The notes under the pieces: generated by a model | What the model saw: only the letters and a program-made list of their open reading frames with translations | Told to the model about the DNA's origin: nothing | Databases searched by the model: none | In this document: positions 24,011 to 36,218 of the stretch, in pieces | How the letters are laid out: each line of letters starts with the position of its first letter | Position numbering within the stretch: the stretch's first letter is position 1 | NCBI GenBank assembly: GCA_965113315.1 | Contig: OZ220368.1 | Strand: one strand, 5' to 3' | DNA from: Podarcis vaucheri | Lineage: Eukaryota | Length of the DNA stretch: 64,000 nucleotides | Translations under genes and position numbers: made by a program

Positions 24011-24082
24011 AAAAGTGTTTTTTTAATTAAAAAAAAAACACAACAACAAGGACAACCCCCCAGTTGTTTTGCTTCTTTGTAG

Positions 24083-24255
24083 CTTTAGAGCACCTTGAAT
24101 TCCTGGAGAGTAGAAGGAAACAGTACTTAAAGGCTGCAGTCCAGGCAAAGAAGAGAAATGATCTGGAGCAAGCCAAGGCGTTCCTAAGAACAGCCAAGAG
24201 CTTGGAGCCAAAGATCGAGCGGGCAAAAAGTGGCAAACTGGTCGACATTTCCAAG
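24083..24255 (+). CDS. CC2D1B: CC2D1B coding exon 14, DM14 repeat 4 (LEFLESRRKQYLKAAVQAK...VDISK)
   Basis: gtag acceptor, gttagt donor, phase 1-0. Confidence 0.93.
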
Positions 24256-24936
24256 GTTAGTAGAAAGATTCCTCAGAGTGTATCAGGTCTGCTTTGAAGG
24301 AAGCTCTCTTCACACCACTATCTGTCGTCTGATGTCCTTTGTTGCCTTTGAACACAGCTCTTGTGGATTTTATTTCTGAAAACCTTGCAATTCTTTTAAG
24401 AGAGAGGCAAGCTTGTCTGCAGTTGGTCCCAACCATAGGCCTTGCACTCATCCTGGCTGTAACCCTGCCTCCTCTCCTTGAATTGTAGGAGCCCTTTACT
24501 TTTTTTGAAATTCTGAATTTGTTCAATTGCACCTAGTGTCTCTCTCTCTCTCTCACGTATATGTATTTGTACATGTTTATTCATTATATAAAATTTCACT
24601 TAAACATGTGGTACCTTGCAACGTAACCTGCATGTAAATGGGAGCTTGCTTGTATGTTTTATTCTCAGCCATCAAAATTGCCTCTTCTGAGTTATTATTT
24701 TGTACTTTCTAGCCACTTCAGAGTAGGGAATAAGGGGAGGGAGGCACCTAATTCTGTTGCCTAGATGGCCTTACATTTTTGCAATTTTCACTCATATAAA
24801 AATACATACGTGCAGGTTATAAAAATGAGACTTTTTTTTTACATGTTGCCTTAAGTTACTTGGGGTTCCTCCAGTTTGGAAGATGAACAGAACTGACTGG
24901 GTTTATGGTTGTCCCTTAACATATATGAATGTAGTG

Positions 24937-25122
24937 CAAGGGTAGTCAACCTTTTTATACCTACCACCCACTAATGCATCTTGCCTGATGGCAAAATTTC
25001 CTTACCACCCACCAGTGCTTTATGGAAGGAGGATTCAGCTTGTGTCGTAGAACCCCCTACCGCCCACCTAGAATCATGAAACGCCCACTAGTGGGCGGTA
25101 GGAACCAGGTTGACAACCTCTG
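24937..25122. mobile_element. hAT MITE
   Basis: TIRs CAAGGGTAGTCAACCT / AGGTTGACAACCTCTG; perfect 8-bp TSD ATGTAGTG (24929-24936, 25123-25130). Confidence 0.88.
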
Positions 25123-25712
25123 ATGTAGTGGGTCAATTTTTTTCATATGCATGAGCTGTAGTCAACTATTTATATTTGCCCTGGAATCCTTTGGTCTTCT
25201 ATTTTCTTGTTTGGTATCTTGAATCACTGCTGTGGTAATGATCAGCATTTCAAGATTTTTAAAACATTACTTGAGGAATGTGGTAAACTTGCAGTCACTA
25301 GTTGGCTTTCTCCATTCTCATATTGATAAATGCTTTCAGTGCTGTTGGAAATTCAAGACAGTTGGATGTATCATTCCTAGTCGTTACCTGCAGGTCTCAG
25401 AAAACTGATGTATTGGCACAGCCTTTCCAATGTGGTTTGGACTACAACTCCCATCAGCCTCAGCCAGCAACCATGCAGTGATGAGAGTTGTAGTCTGTAG
25501 CATGTTGAGGACACTAGATTGGGTGGGGAAGAGTGCATTAACAGCATATTAGCTGAGTATGGCAGGAACCTTGAAAGTATCCTGCTACCCTTTCCTGATA
25601 TCCTTCCCCCACCCCCTTTTTTATCTTCTCTGAATGAGTGTCCCTATGCTCACCTTTCTCTGTCACAATTTTACCAGAGAAGCTCTGACATGTATTGTGT
25701 GTTGCTGTGTAG

Positions 25713-25838
25713 CTGCCATCACCACCTACAGATGATGAAGGTGACTTTATTATCATACATCATGAAGATGTCAGACTCTCTCAGAAAGCAGAAGAGGTGT
25801 ACGTTCAGCTGATCAAGCTATTGAGAGACCAGCATGAG
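25713..25838 (+). CDS. CC2D1B: CC2D1B coding exon 15 (LPSPPTDDEGDFIIIHHEDVRLSQKAEEVY...)
   Basis: gtag acceptor, gtgtgt donor, phase 0-0. Confidence 0.93.
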
Positions 25839-26354
25839 GTGTGTGCCTCCTTCCTCTCCTATAGCATTATACATAGCTAAGGGTCCTGTAGTGGAAGTAG
25901 AACGTTCTCTATACTTTAAACTGGCCTATTTTGCACACAACTCTAAACTGTTGTTCTTTTGTGATATGTGCACAAGCGTCAGTGACCCTCTCTCTCCTTT
26001 CAAAAGTGATTTGAAAATGAAGGTGCTCAGAAAAAGTTGCTGCCTTCTTTATAGGTCCCTTGTATGTGTGTTTTTAAGAGGAAATAAGAGAGAACTTCTA
26101 GTGGCAGTGTTAACATCTGTGAGTTATGGTACTAATACTATAACCCAGCAGCAGATTTTATGCTGATGACTGTATACGCACTTGTGGAATGCTTCATTGG
26201 AGCTGGGTTGGGTTGCCTAGAAGGCAACAACTGCATATGTTTATTTCAGCCTATTAAAGAGATTTGATTGTCTGAATGTGGCCAGCCTCTCTCTCAGATC
26301 AGTTTTTGAAGGTAGCTTGTGGTCTGACTTCCCCCTCCTTTTTTCTGTTAATAG

Positions 26355-26413
26355 AAATGTTTGCAGTATTCGAAGCAGTTCACACATCTGGGAAATGTAT
26401 CTGAAACTTCCCG
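26355..26413 (+). CDS. CC2D1B: CC2D1B coding exon 16 (KCLQYSKQFTHLGNVSETS)
   Basis: atag acceptor, gtaggt donor, phase 0-2. Confidence 0.92.
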
Positions 26414-27000
26414 GTAGGTTTATTATGAGTTTAGTATTGAAGGCACATCTCAATTGGGTGCAGTACAAATTGCACTTGGCAGAATGAATTTTGCTTTTAT
26501 GCCTTGGGTCTAGTCATTTTGTGGCTGGGGAAAAAGTTGTTTCTCCCTTCTTAACTATGTAAAGTGTAACGACTTTTTCACTTGAGGGGAAGCTCAATGG
26601 CATGTCCCTACGTTGGGTGAGCTGGAGAATTGCTGCCTACATGGTGGGTGTCTCCATATGTCAAACAAGAAGGAAATTTCATGGTGAGCAACCAGTGTTC
26701 TGCTCCCTGTGCTTGCTTGATGAAGGTAGCTCCCAAATCCCATCAGTGATGAAAGATACGTCCCTCTGGTGCTCCACCGGCTTGATCAGTTTCCAGGCAG
26801 CTTTCCCATTGACCTCTGGCAAGGAGCTATTTCTGCCTTAAGTGGAGCCCAGCCATTCTCTCATTTGAGTAGGAGCTGCCTCCATGAGTTTAGCAGCCGC
26901 CCACTGATAACATGATTGAAACCAGAGCAGGCTCTGGCAATATGCTTCCTGATCTTTCTCACTTTTACTTTATGTTGTGTATTTCTGTGTTGCGTTTCAG

Positions 27001-27117
27001 GTTTGAGAAGCTGGCTCAGATTTGTAAAAAAGATCTGGACATCTTACAGCTTGCACAGGCCCAGGGGCTGGATCCCCCAAGCCACCACTTTGAAGAGAGA
27101 ACCTTTAAAATTGTAAG
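27001..27117 (+). CDS. CC2D1B: CC2D1B coding exon 17 (FEKLAQICKKDLDILQLAQAQGLDPPSHHFEERTFKIV)
   Basis: ttcag acceptor, gtatgg donor, phase 2-2. Confidence 0.94.
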
Positions 27118-27701
27118 GTATGGATGTCCAAAAGATGAGAAGGTTTCAAATGTCTTATCCCTGTAGATAGATGAGCTTTACAAAACCTTTCTGAACCTTA
27201 CAAGAGCAACCTGGAATACTGTGAATTTCTGTTCCCAAAAAAGTGACCAATGCTTTATAGTGGAAACTAAGCATTTCAATAAATGTGGGGCTGCCACGAA
27301 AATGGGACCACTCTCCCCCAGCCCCTTGAGTCAAAGGGCTTCAACTTTGTTCACATCTTGATGTTGCCTGTGTTTGCATATGTAATACTAAGTTGCATCT
27401 TGTTCAGTAGGCAAACAGGCAAGGCTTGTTGGTTGATTTTCCAGCTACTCTTGCCTTGTGCCTCTGCAGCTGGGAGAGTGCCTGGGCTGCAGTGACCAAA
27501 CAACATGGTTAAGCAAGGCTTTGGGGTTCACAGACTAACAACAAACCATGTTTTCACCCCGCAATTAGTTGTCAGAAAGCAAGCATGCTGTGTATTTCTT
27601 CATGATTCCTATTTCTACATGTTCACTAAGTTTGGTATTGTAATGTGAAGTACGTCTGGATTGCTGGAGTAAACCGCTGTTTCTTTTTGTTTGCTTTGTA
27701 G

Positions 27702-27775
27702 AATATTTTCTGAACTCAGTAGCACAGAAATGCATCTTATCATTGTCCGAGGAATAAATCTACCAGCCCCACCAG
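27702..27775 (+). CDS. CC2D1B: CC2D1B coding exon 18, start of C2 domain (IFSELSSTEMHLIIVRGINLPAPP)
   Basis: gtag acceptor, gtagtc donor, phase 2-1. Confidence 0.94.
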
Positions 27776-28049
27776 GTAGTCTACCATTGACATGAATTTT
27801 TAAGATTCCTTCATGCTCTGCAATCTTCCCTGCAGCTGACAGAACTGAGAACTTGACCTCTGTTAATCAGTAGTTAGGATCATTTTGTTTTTATCAAGGA
27901 AATTGGGTCACAATCGGGAACAAACATCTCTGAGTAGAGGCCTCTTCTTTCCTGTGAGATAATCGGCAATCTTGTGTTCATAAGATTTGGCCCATTTTTC
28001 TTTTTGTTTCTACAGCTGTGTGCTCAGCTAAATTCCTCTCTTTGCACAG

Positions 28050-28108
28050 GTGTGGCACCCAATGATTTGGACGCATTTGTGAAATTTGAATTCCATTACC
28101 CGAATACA
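28050..28108 (+). CDS. CC2D1B: CC2D1B coding exon 19 (VAPNDLDAFVKFEFHYPNT)
   Basis: acag acceptor, gtgagt donor, phase 1-0. Confidence 0.94.
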
Positions 28109-28535
28109 GTGAGTATACATCAAGGCTTTTGCTCCCTCCTTAATTTCTAGACCCTAGGGTGACAGTTCCCTATCCAAGTATATTCAGATGCAAACCCTCA
28201 GTTTGCCGCCATGTAATATATGCAAAGATTGGGAGAATGGATGACTTGTGCATTGCTGCTGCGTTAAGCGAGCAGCAGTGTAAATATCAGGACAGGGGTA
28301 GAAGCAGAGCATAAAATAAAAGTGCAGAGAAGCCCTATCAACTTGTGAAGTGAGTGGGATAACTGAGACAAAAGAGCAAGACCTATGGTGCTGCAAGAAG
28401 ACGATCATGGGTGTTATGAGAAACAGAGAGGGGGGGAAAGGGCACAGAGAGATCAGGAGGGGAAAGCATGTGCTAAAGGGGGTTAACAAGGCTGAAAAGA
28501 AATCACTGGGGGTGGGGAGGTACACAGAAATGAGC

Positions 28536-28755
28536 TTATTACTTATTACATTTATATACCACCTGTTCTCCCAAGGAGCTCAAGATGGTGCACATCGTTC
28601 TCATCCCCGTTTTATCTTCACAACAACCCAGGGAAGTAGGTTAGGTTGGGAGGTGGTGACTGACCCAAGGTCATTCAGTGAGCTTCGTGGCTGAGTGGGG
28701 ATTCTAACCCTGGTCTCCCAGGTCATAGTTCAACACTCTAACCATTACGCCACCC
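28536..28755 (-). mobile_element. Squam3-like SINE
   Basis: tRNA head on minus strand, body shared with 2695-2901, AT-rich tail. Confidence 0.72.
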
Positions 28756-29633
28756 TTCAGCTCTCTTGAATTAACAAAAGGTGGTCCTTTGGAGTGGCTT
28801 GACTTGCATATCCCTGCTCTAGAGCAACCAGCCCATGGGGGGGGGGGAGCTTGGTCTTCACAAGTAAAGGCAAGGACTGAGAACCCCACAGGCTTTTCTG
28901 AGAATAGTTGGGAAGGCAGGGTCACTGGTGGCACCTCTGGTGGCCTTGTCACAGTAGAAAAGAGAATGGCATTTCTATTGGGGTTGTATATGTGATGCTT
29001 GAGAGGCAGCTGGGGAAGAGCTGCCTCTGAAATAGAGAAAGGGCTATATTGCTTGATTGCTAGGATATCATCTAGAAGTGCTGGCAGTAATTGGGTCACC
29101 TGGTCCTTGTTCACTCCCTAGAGACTTCTGCTGTGCTTTGGGCTAGAAGTTAATTTGTTTTGTTGTGTGATTGGGTTGTTAAAAAGAATAGTAATTGCTA
29201 AACAATCTCTTTGGAGCACGTTTGTTGCAGCCTCTGAAGATCCATACCCTTTTCCTTCTTGGGGACAAGGAAGACAAATGAAAAGGTCCTGGAGAAATCT
29301 ACCTGCAGCAGGCTCTTGCTTTGCAGCAAAGCAAAACAGCTGAATGGTGGTTGCAATGATAGCATTGGATCTAATCTATCTTTTTAACATCCCCATGACC
29401 ATTTGTTTCTATCTCTTGTATACCGTATTTTGTATTGAATGTCAGTATTTGCATTTTGTTCCATATTGAATGGGCTGTGCCCAAGAAAACTTTATCTACA
29501 CTTATGCAGGACTTTCTTTCCAAATGAAAAGCCAACAAAGATGTTGTGATTTCTGCTGAATATTAATGGTGTGTGGCTGCAGGTGTTTAGTTTTAGGGTT
29601 TTGTTAACCTGTGTTTTGCTTTTATTAAAACAG

Positions 29634-29685
29634 GAGCAAGCTCAGAAAAGTAAAACATCCGTGATAAAAAATACCAACTGCCCAG
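29634..29685 (+). CDS. CC2D1B: CC2D1B coding exon 20 (EQAQKSKTSVIKNTNCP)
   Basis: acag acceptor, gtgggt donor, phase 0-1. Confidence 0.93.
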
Positions 29686-30514
29686 GTGGGTGCATGTGCT
29701 TAGACTATTATCGCCATTGTTACGTTGTCTTTTCTTGGATTTTCATTTCAGAGCTAGGCTGAAAAGGGTTAGTTCCATTTTATGTTTGCATCGGCTACCT
29801 GAACAGAATTCAAAGACTCTCATTTCAGAGCAGTAGTAATTTTGTATTTGTGGGTTTCTTAATTAACCGATTTCTGCATCTGTGATGGTGTTAACCTAAC
29901 TCACAACACTGCTCTGTATAGTGGCAGCAGCTCTCAACAGTCATAGGCAGAGGCCTTTGCGAGGCCAACTGGAGGTGGCCACGGGCTGGGCCTGGAACTC
30001 TGTGCATGCTCTACTACTGAGCTATACGACTCCAGAAGGACTTGTACCTGGAATATATGGATCCCTCTGCATTCTGTCCCTTAGAAGTCCAACATTGCTC
30101 TTCATTTTGCCACAGAAAAGATGTCACCCTCTTTCCTTCAACTGCATAGAATTATTTGGGATCTATTATTTCAAAGCTATTTAGCATGAATCCTGTAGCA
30201 CTTTTTTGCAGGTTCTTTAAAAAAAAAAAACTTACTGAGGAGGGTAATATACTTAAGGACTTGCAGTCCTTTGTCTTGGCTCCTCCTTCTCGCAAAGGAA
30301 AACGTAGGGACCAAGTCACTGTGTCATTCAGTACAATCTGTACCTCTCTCAGATATGTACCTGTGGGGCCTACTTGATTGAAAGGTTTTCCATGGCAAAA
30401 TATCTCCCACCTGCTTATTTTGAGGCATTGACCACATGCTTTTCTTGATCTTTTATTTGGTTCCGAGTCCTCTCATCAGCTGTTTGTATCTGATATCTGT
30501 CTGTGCATTTCCAG

Positions 30515-30614
30515 AATACGACCAGCTGTTCAAGCTGAACATTAACCGAAATCACAGAGGTTTCCGAAGAGCGATTCAGGCTAAAGGAATTAAATTTGAA
30601 GTCTTCCACAAAGG
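30515..30614 (+). CDS. CC2D1B: CC2D1B coding exon 21 (YDQLFKLNINRNHRGFRRAIQAKGIKFEVFHK)
   Basis: ccag acceptor, gtgaga donor, phase 1-2. Confidence 0.94.
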
Positions 30615-32539
30615 GTGAGATGGGGTTCATGCCTAATGGGAAACAGCTTGATTGCTTGAGCTCAAGGACTTTGTTAATTCTGCTTTAAAACAATTCCCAG
30701 ATTTCTTTTGGAAGCTAAAAAAATTGTAACTCTTTGTCGCATACAATCTGTAGGCATCATTGTGTGTTTGGAATTTTTAGCTACAGGGTAGCTGAAGATA
30801 TAATTGAGAATATGGGAAGGAACTATTTTGAAATCTTTGTAGATTTGCTCATCTGCAGCAGATACGTCTTTTAGACATTTGCAATGCTTGAACTTTCAGA
30901 CTACAGTGACGTAATATTGGTCTTCTGCTTGATCTTCTTAGATGACTGACAGGTGCTGTATTTGGGTGTTGTTAACACTCTACTAAAGCCAAAAGCTGTG
31001 AAAACTCATGAGAATTTTGGCTCTATACTACTAGGCCTGTATACTAAGGCTGGCAGTTCAGCAGGGATCAGGGGCTGTCAATCTTTTCATCCTATAGGCC
31101 TTAATGCATTTTTGTGTTGATTCCATAGCAAAACACAGAATCCACTTTGCCAAGCAATCTGATGCCTGTTGCCCCCATGGGATCTAAGCCACAGCTGAAA
31201 CAGGACATGCACCCGCATGACTGTTGTGGTGCAGGAGGGTGGAAATCTTTCATGATGAACTTCTGATTCTTTTCTCTCCCCTTTTGCTTGAGTACTACAA
31301 GGCTGCATCTGTATCTCACACTGAATATCTTAAGTCAATTCGGCATATAACAGTAAGAATAGCTGCCCTTATTTGTAGCGTGGCCTTTAGTGTCAAGTTG
31401 TCTGGCGTTAAAGAAACTGTTTGAAAGGATTCCTTAGTGGCCAAAATAATTTGTTTATAATAAACACAACTTAGTTCCTGTTTCAGGGGTGTATAGTTTT
31501 AAGATTGTACAAGCTTCTTCATTGAGATAGGGTGCATGATTGTTTAGGCTAGAAGAAACAGTGGGAAAGAATATTAATATGATCTGTTTGCGGGGGTGGC
31601 CTTCTGTCTCTTTTAAGCATGCATCCAAAATTTCTAGTGGCCAAAAGGTATGGAAGGCAATACTATTTTTAAGCTGTAAGAGGGAGGGCCATAAGTGAGT
31701 TTGCTGTTCTTAAGTTCACACTATGGCAAGCCCCGAAAGTGGGTTTGATTCAGATTAAATGACAGGCCATTAGCAGGATTGCATGCTCCTTCCTTTGCAT
31801 GCAAGGGAGAGCTTTTCTTTCTAGTTTGCCCTTTTGTCCAAATGCAGCAACCAGAACCTTTGAATGTGATTTGAGGGTGAGCTCTTCAGGAGCTATTCAC
31901 ATGAAGGGTGTAGCAGGGCTATACATTTCACCCCACCTTCCGAAGTCACATGGAATCTCCCACCCTTGTCATGTTGGGGTGTAATTTCCGAGGTCTGAAG
32001 CCTCCACACGCAGAACAGGACCCCCACTTCAGAAGTTGTGCTATGAACTTCAGGGACAGAAAGAATCATATGGCTTTTGACAGTAGTATTAAAAACGTGT
32101 CCCTGCCACAGCCCCTTCCACCACTCTAGCCCTTTCATGTGACTAACAGTTGAAGAGCACTTCCGATTTGCTGCAAACTAGAAGCAGAAGCTTCTAATCT
32201 TTCCTTGCACTCAAACAAATAGGAGCAGATAAGCTCAAGCCTTGCTGTGGCTCCTTCTAACAGAAGGGGTGGGGGCAGGGCTCATAGGGAGATAGTTTAT
32301 TAGGCCTGACACGTTTTGAGGAAAGTCTTCAGAGCCACTGAGAAGCACTACTGCTCTGCTTTTCTGCAAGCTCTGCCTCCAAATCTGTACTCGCTTGAAA
32401 GTGAGGGAGCCTGCAGGAAGCTGCTCTGTGCTACTGCTGCTACTGCTGCTGCTGTGTTTACAATTTTGCCTCTCAGTGCTGCTGAAGACCTTCATCAAAA
32501 TGCATCTGGCGTTTTCCCTGTGCACTGTTCTGCACTGTT

Positions 32540-32573
32540 GTGTGTGTTTTTTTTTTGTGTGTGTGTGTGTGTG
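32540..32573. repeat. Interrupted (TG)n microsatellite
   Basis: gtgtgtg-T run-(gt)n seen directly. Confidence 0.8.
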
Positions 32574-32932
32574 AACCAAGCCATGATCTTTAGGTGTATT
32601 TGGGAATAAATAGGTCATTCCATTTAGTTGCTTCCTTAGCCTAAAACACGTCTGATCACTGAACGTAACACTAGCAATTTTTGTTCATTTTAACATCATT
32701 CTACTCTCTAGTTCATACAGTGCAAAATATTTTGGACCCGTCTACGGCTTTTGTTGGTAGCACTACTGAACAATGGTATTATAACCCGCTTTTAACCTTG
32801 GAGGTATGAGTTGGGAAGGATCTGTGTTGCAATTTGAGATCCTGGGTGTCTTTGGGGTTCTTTTGCCGATTCCCATCGTGGAAGTTAGGAGAAGAAACTG
32901 AATCTTGCACTGACATGCCTCCCCTTCCCCAG

Positions 32933-33023
32933 GTCCTTTTTCAGAAGTGACAAGCAAGTGGGGACAGCACACTTGAAACTGGACAAACTGGAATTTGAAT
33001 GTGAAATCAGAGAAATTATTGAG
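32933..33023 (+). CDS. CC2D1B: CC2D1B coding exon 22 (SFFRSDKQVGTAHLKLDKLEFECEIREIIE)
   Basis: ccag acceptor, gtaccg donor, phase 2-0. Confidence 0.94.
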
Positions 33024-34793
33024 GTACCGTACCTTTTTTGTTCTCAGAAAGCTGTGGTAAGGACTACCTTTTTCTTCTTCTTTGCACAGTAGTCCTGCTA
33101 AAAGTGTGTTTGTAAAACAGGATATGCTGCAGGATATGCTGTAAAACAGGATATGCTCGTCATTCATAGGAGTTTCATTACTTGCACAGCTTTCATCCAT
33201 TCTCATGAGGATGGTGCTGTACCTGCCATATGCTGATATAAAAGTGCTTGGAAACTAGGGTTGCCTATGGGGATGGAGGTCTTCCTTAGGGCACAACTAG
33301 AATTTTCCAAGGATGTTGTTGGGGGGTGGGGTAGCACAAAAATAGTGTGCTGACCAACATAGCTCCCCAAAAATCGTAAGGAAGGGAAGAGAGCGATGAC
33401 CACAAGGAATTCTGGCAGCAAAGGAGTAGGGAAGCTTGGAGAGCCAAGTTTGCTTCTACTGGACTGTGGCAGAGAGATCCAGTTACAGTCTCTCTCCCTT
33501 GTGTGTATGTAAACACCTCTAGAATTAGCTTTTATGCATTGCAACTGGTGCTGTGCCACTTTAAAAAAAGTGGTACCTATGTTCAGATATTAGAGATACA
33601 CATTATATTCAGCTTAATTCCAATTTCTCATGCAATACGGGATGCCTTGGAGGGATTTTTCCCCTAGGCAAAGCAGGAACCCCCAAAGGCCTTTGTGACA
33701 CCTCAGCCAGTTATTTTTAGAAAATGCTGCTGAAAGCAAAAGTCATGTCTCTAAACTTGATTGTGCAACAGGGAAAAGGAGAGCTATATTGTGGCTGACA
33801 TGTCAAGCTTTGAATCAGAGGGAAATATTTTACCTGGAAGGTCCCCCTACTTTTAGTTCTTCCCACCCCAAAAGGTGCTTAGCAGAAAAGTCCCTAGCTC
33901 TATTTGTCATAATATGGCAGGTTTCCTAATACATTGGCACCTCTTTTGTGTCAGCAATTTTCAGTCCAATTACCCACAAAAAAACCCAAGGGATATTAAG
34001 TGATTTTTTTAATCCACTCTAAACTCTACCTATTGGCCTTTTGGGGAAACAGCTGCAGCTTCTGAAATTTGGTGGAATTCCTGCCCTCAGAAAGGGTAAA
34101 CCTTCTTGCAAATTTCATCCAATTCTGAAAAGTTACAGTTCATATTTTTTTAAACCACTTTAAAATGTTGCCTATTTGCCTACCATTTGGCAATTTTATC
34201 CTCTCCAGAAGGGATGCTATCCCAACAGATTTAAACCACTTCTATCAATGGGGGGGCGGGGTAGTTGGTTGGCTTCCTGTGACAAATCAGGATCTGAATA
34301 GAATCAATGATGCTACTGTTTGGCCATGTAAACTTTGCAGTATCATTCCCTGTTTGATGCTCCAACATAAGCACTGCTGGTGGTCTGGCCACCCCCTCCA
34401 CAAAAGGAGCAGTACTAGCAGCTACAGGGAAACACCAAGGTTGTCAGAAGTAGCGGGGGGGGGTATTGTAGTGGAAAAAACCTACGGGCACGAGACAATC
34501 CCCTTTGCAAGCCCCCCCCAAAAAACCCCCAATGAGGACCAAATGTGCTCACCAGCCAGGAAATGCTGACTAACACGGTTTTTTTCCATGGAGTGAGAGA
34601 AGGGGAATATAATAGAGTATCCTAGAGGATATGACTGAGCAATCCACACTTAACTTCTTGTTTTGGATCCCACCTGCCATACATACAGCTGCCACAAGTG
34701 AAGTCCAAAACCCTATTGAATGTTCAAAGCCAATTGCAGTTCTCTAGGTTATGTCTCTTGTGATTAAACTTGTCATGTTGCTTCTATGTCTAG

Positions 34794-34913
34794 GTTTTGG
34801 ATGGCAGGAAGCCTACTGGAGGGAAACTAGAAGTAAAAGTGAGACTCAGGGAGCCACTAAGTGGGCAGGATCTTCAGACAATTACAGAAAACTGGCTAGT
34901 CCTTGAACATTAG
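34794..34913 (+). CDS. CC2D1B: CC2D1B last coding exon (VLDGRKPTGGKLEVKVRLREPLSGQDLQTITENWLVLEH*)
   Basis: ctag acceptor, TAG at 34911-34913; exon continues to AAG|gtatgt donor after 34924. Confidence 0.94.
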   Translation, partial: VLDGRKPTGGKLEVKVRLREPLSGQDLQTITENWLVLEH

Positions 34914-35345
34914 TTCCACCTAAGGTATGTACCTAAGGTCTTTTCTGTGTAGGATGACAATTGGCATGAGCAGTCTCAAGATTTTGCTCTGATTACAACA
35001 AGTGAATGTATTCTATAGATACATGCATGAAGCAGTTTTCTTTTTAAAAATATGCAAGATAGTAAACGATTCACCTTTAAAATTAATTCCTGCTATAAAA
35101 ATGAGTCACCGTCCAACAAAAGGACAATGTAGCCACAGGAAGGAATCCTTAAAGAAGGGTTGCGGTCCCTTATAAATTTCTAAAACTTTATACTTGAGTG
35201 GTTTTAATGGACTTGCCTTCAGTTAATGTTTGAGAGCACACTAGGAAGACTCTGTACTTTTGTCATGGATGTTTGATCATCTTTCATTAATCCTTCCATT
35301 ATTCCTCTAAAGCCACATTCATATTTATTTTCTTGTCACCCGCAG

Positions 35346-35760
35346 ATACAGAAATGCTAAAAGCTGCAGAATGGACTTTATACATAGAGCTTCTGCAAGC
35401 ACCAAAGATGTTCAACGAATGCACTACTGAACATAACATCTTTATTTTCATAACTATCATATAGTATGAGTTGGTAAGCTTTGTAAGTCTACTACTGGGA
35501 AAGAAGGTGCTGATCCACAAAGATAGACCTACCTTAAACCTTGCTGAAAGTAGCAATGTTAGTACTACATGACTGTTACCCATTGGGCTGCTGTCTTATG
35601 CAAAGGGCATGTTTGCAGGCGAGGGCAAAAAGGTTTGGTTTTAATGGCTGACAAAATATACTAAGATGGGCTGCAGCAGTGGAAGTTTATCATGTAAACT
35701 TGCAAATAAGATTGTGTTTCCTAGCCCTGGAATAAATTCTATTCTTGCACACAGCATTAG
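35346..35760 (+). other. CC2D1B: Putative non-coding terminal exon (3'UTR) of CC2D1B; 3' end uncertain
   Basis: Acceptor tttattttcttgtcacccgcag ending 35345; AATAAA at 35731-35736 (alternative at 36207). Confidence 0.55.
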
Positions 35761-36197
35761 GTTAAGCATATTACTGTTAACAGCAGCATGAATATGCATT
35801 TGACATTGCCTGCAACAAATTTTTTTAAGCCATCACTGCATTCCTCCCCCCCCCCCTGCAAGTTTACCCATAACCTTGCTCTAAAGCAGCATTATCACGA
35901 GCCTTTTGGAAAGGCCCATACCATATTAAGATGGCTAGTAGCTGATTTATTATTAAGCTGTTTTCCTCAATCTGCCCATTTCTTGTGTTCTTTTTCAGTG
36001 GAAGAATTAAACTTTTTACTGCTTAAGGATTTTGAGAAGCACAGCATTTGGGTGTAAGTTGAAACAGTAATTTGACAAAAGAAAGAGTTGCCTGTTTTCT
36101 AGAATGTTAAACCTAGGTGTGTACCTGAATATAGAACTAAGTCTGCCAACCAGGCAGAGTTTATCTTAAGTGGATAGAGACAATACAATATTCAGTT

Positions 36198-36218
36198 TTT
36201 AATTTTAATAAATTTAAT
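36198..36218. terminator. Cluster of poly(A) hexamers on both strands (AATAAA +, ATTAAA x3 -)
   Basis: TTTAATTTTAATAAATTTAAT between the two convergent stop codons. Confidence 0.35.

Larger units (their letters stand above)
956..35736 (+). other. CC2D1B: CC2D1B gene span (coiled-coil and C2 domain-containing protein 1B, Lgd/Freud-2 family); first non-coding exon lies upstream of the window, 3' end approximate
   Basis: 23 phase-consistent GT-AG coding exons give an 883-aa ORF with 4 DM14 repeats and a C2 domain ending ENWLVLEH*; tail-to-tail with ZFYVE9 as in mammals. Confidence 0.95.

Noticed and set aside
33111-33157. Short tandem duplication of CAGGATATGCT (three copies)
   Set aside because: Ordinary slippage duplication with no sign of function
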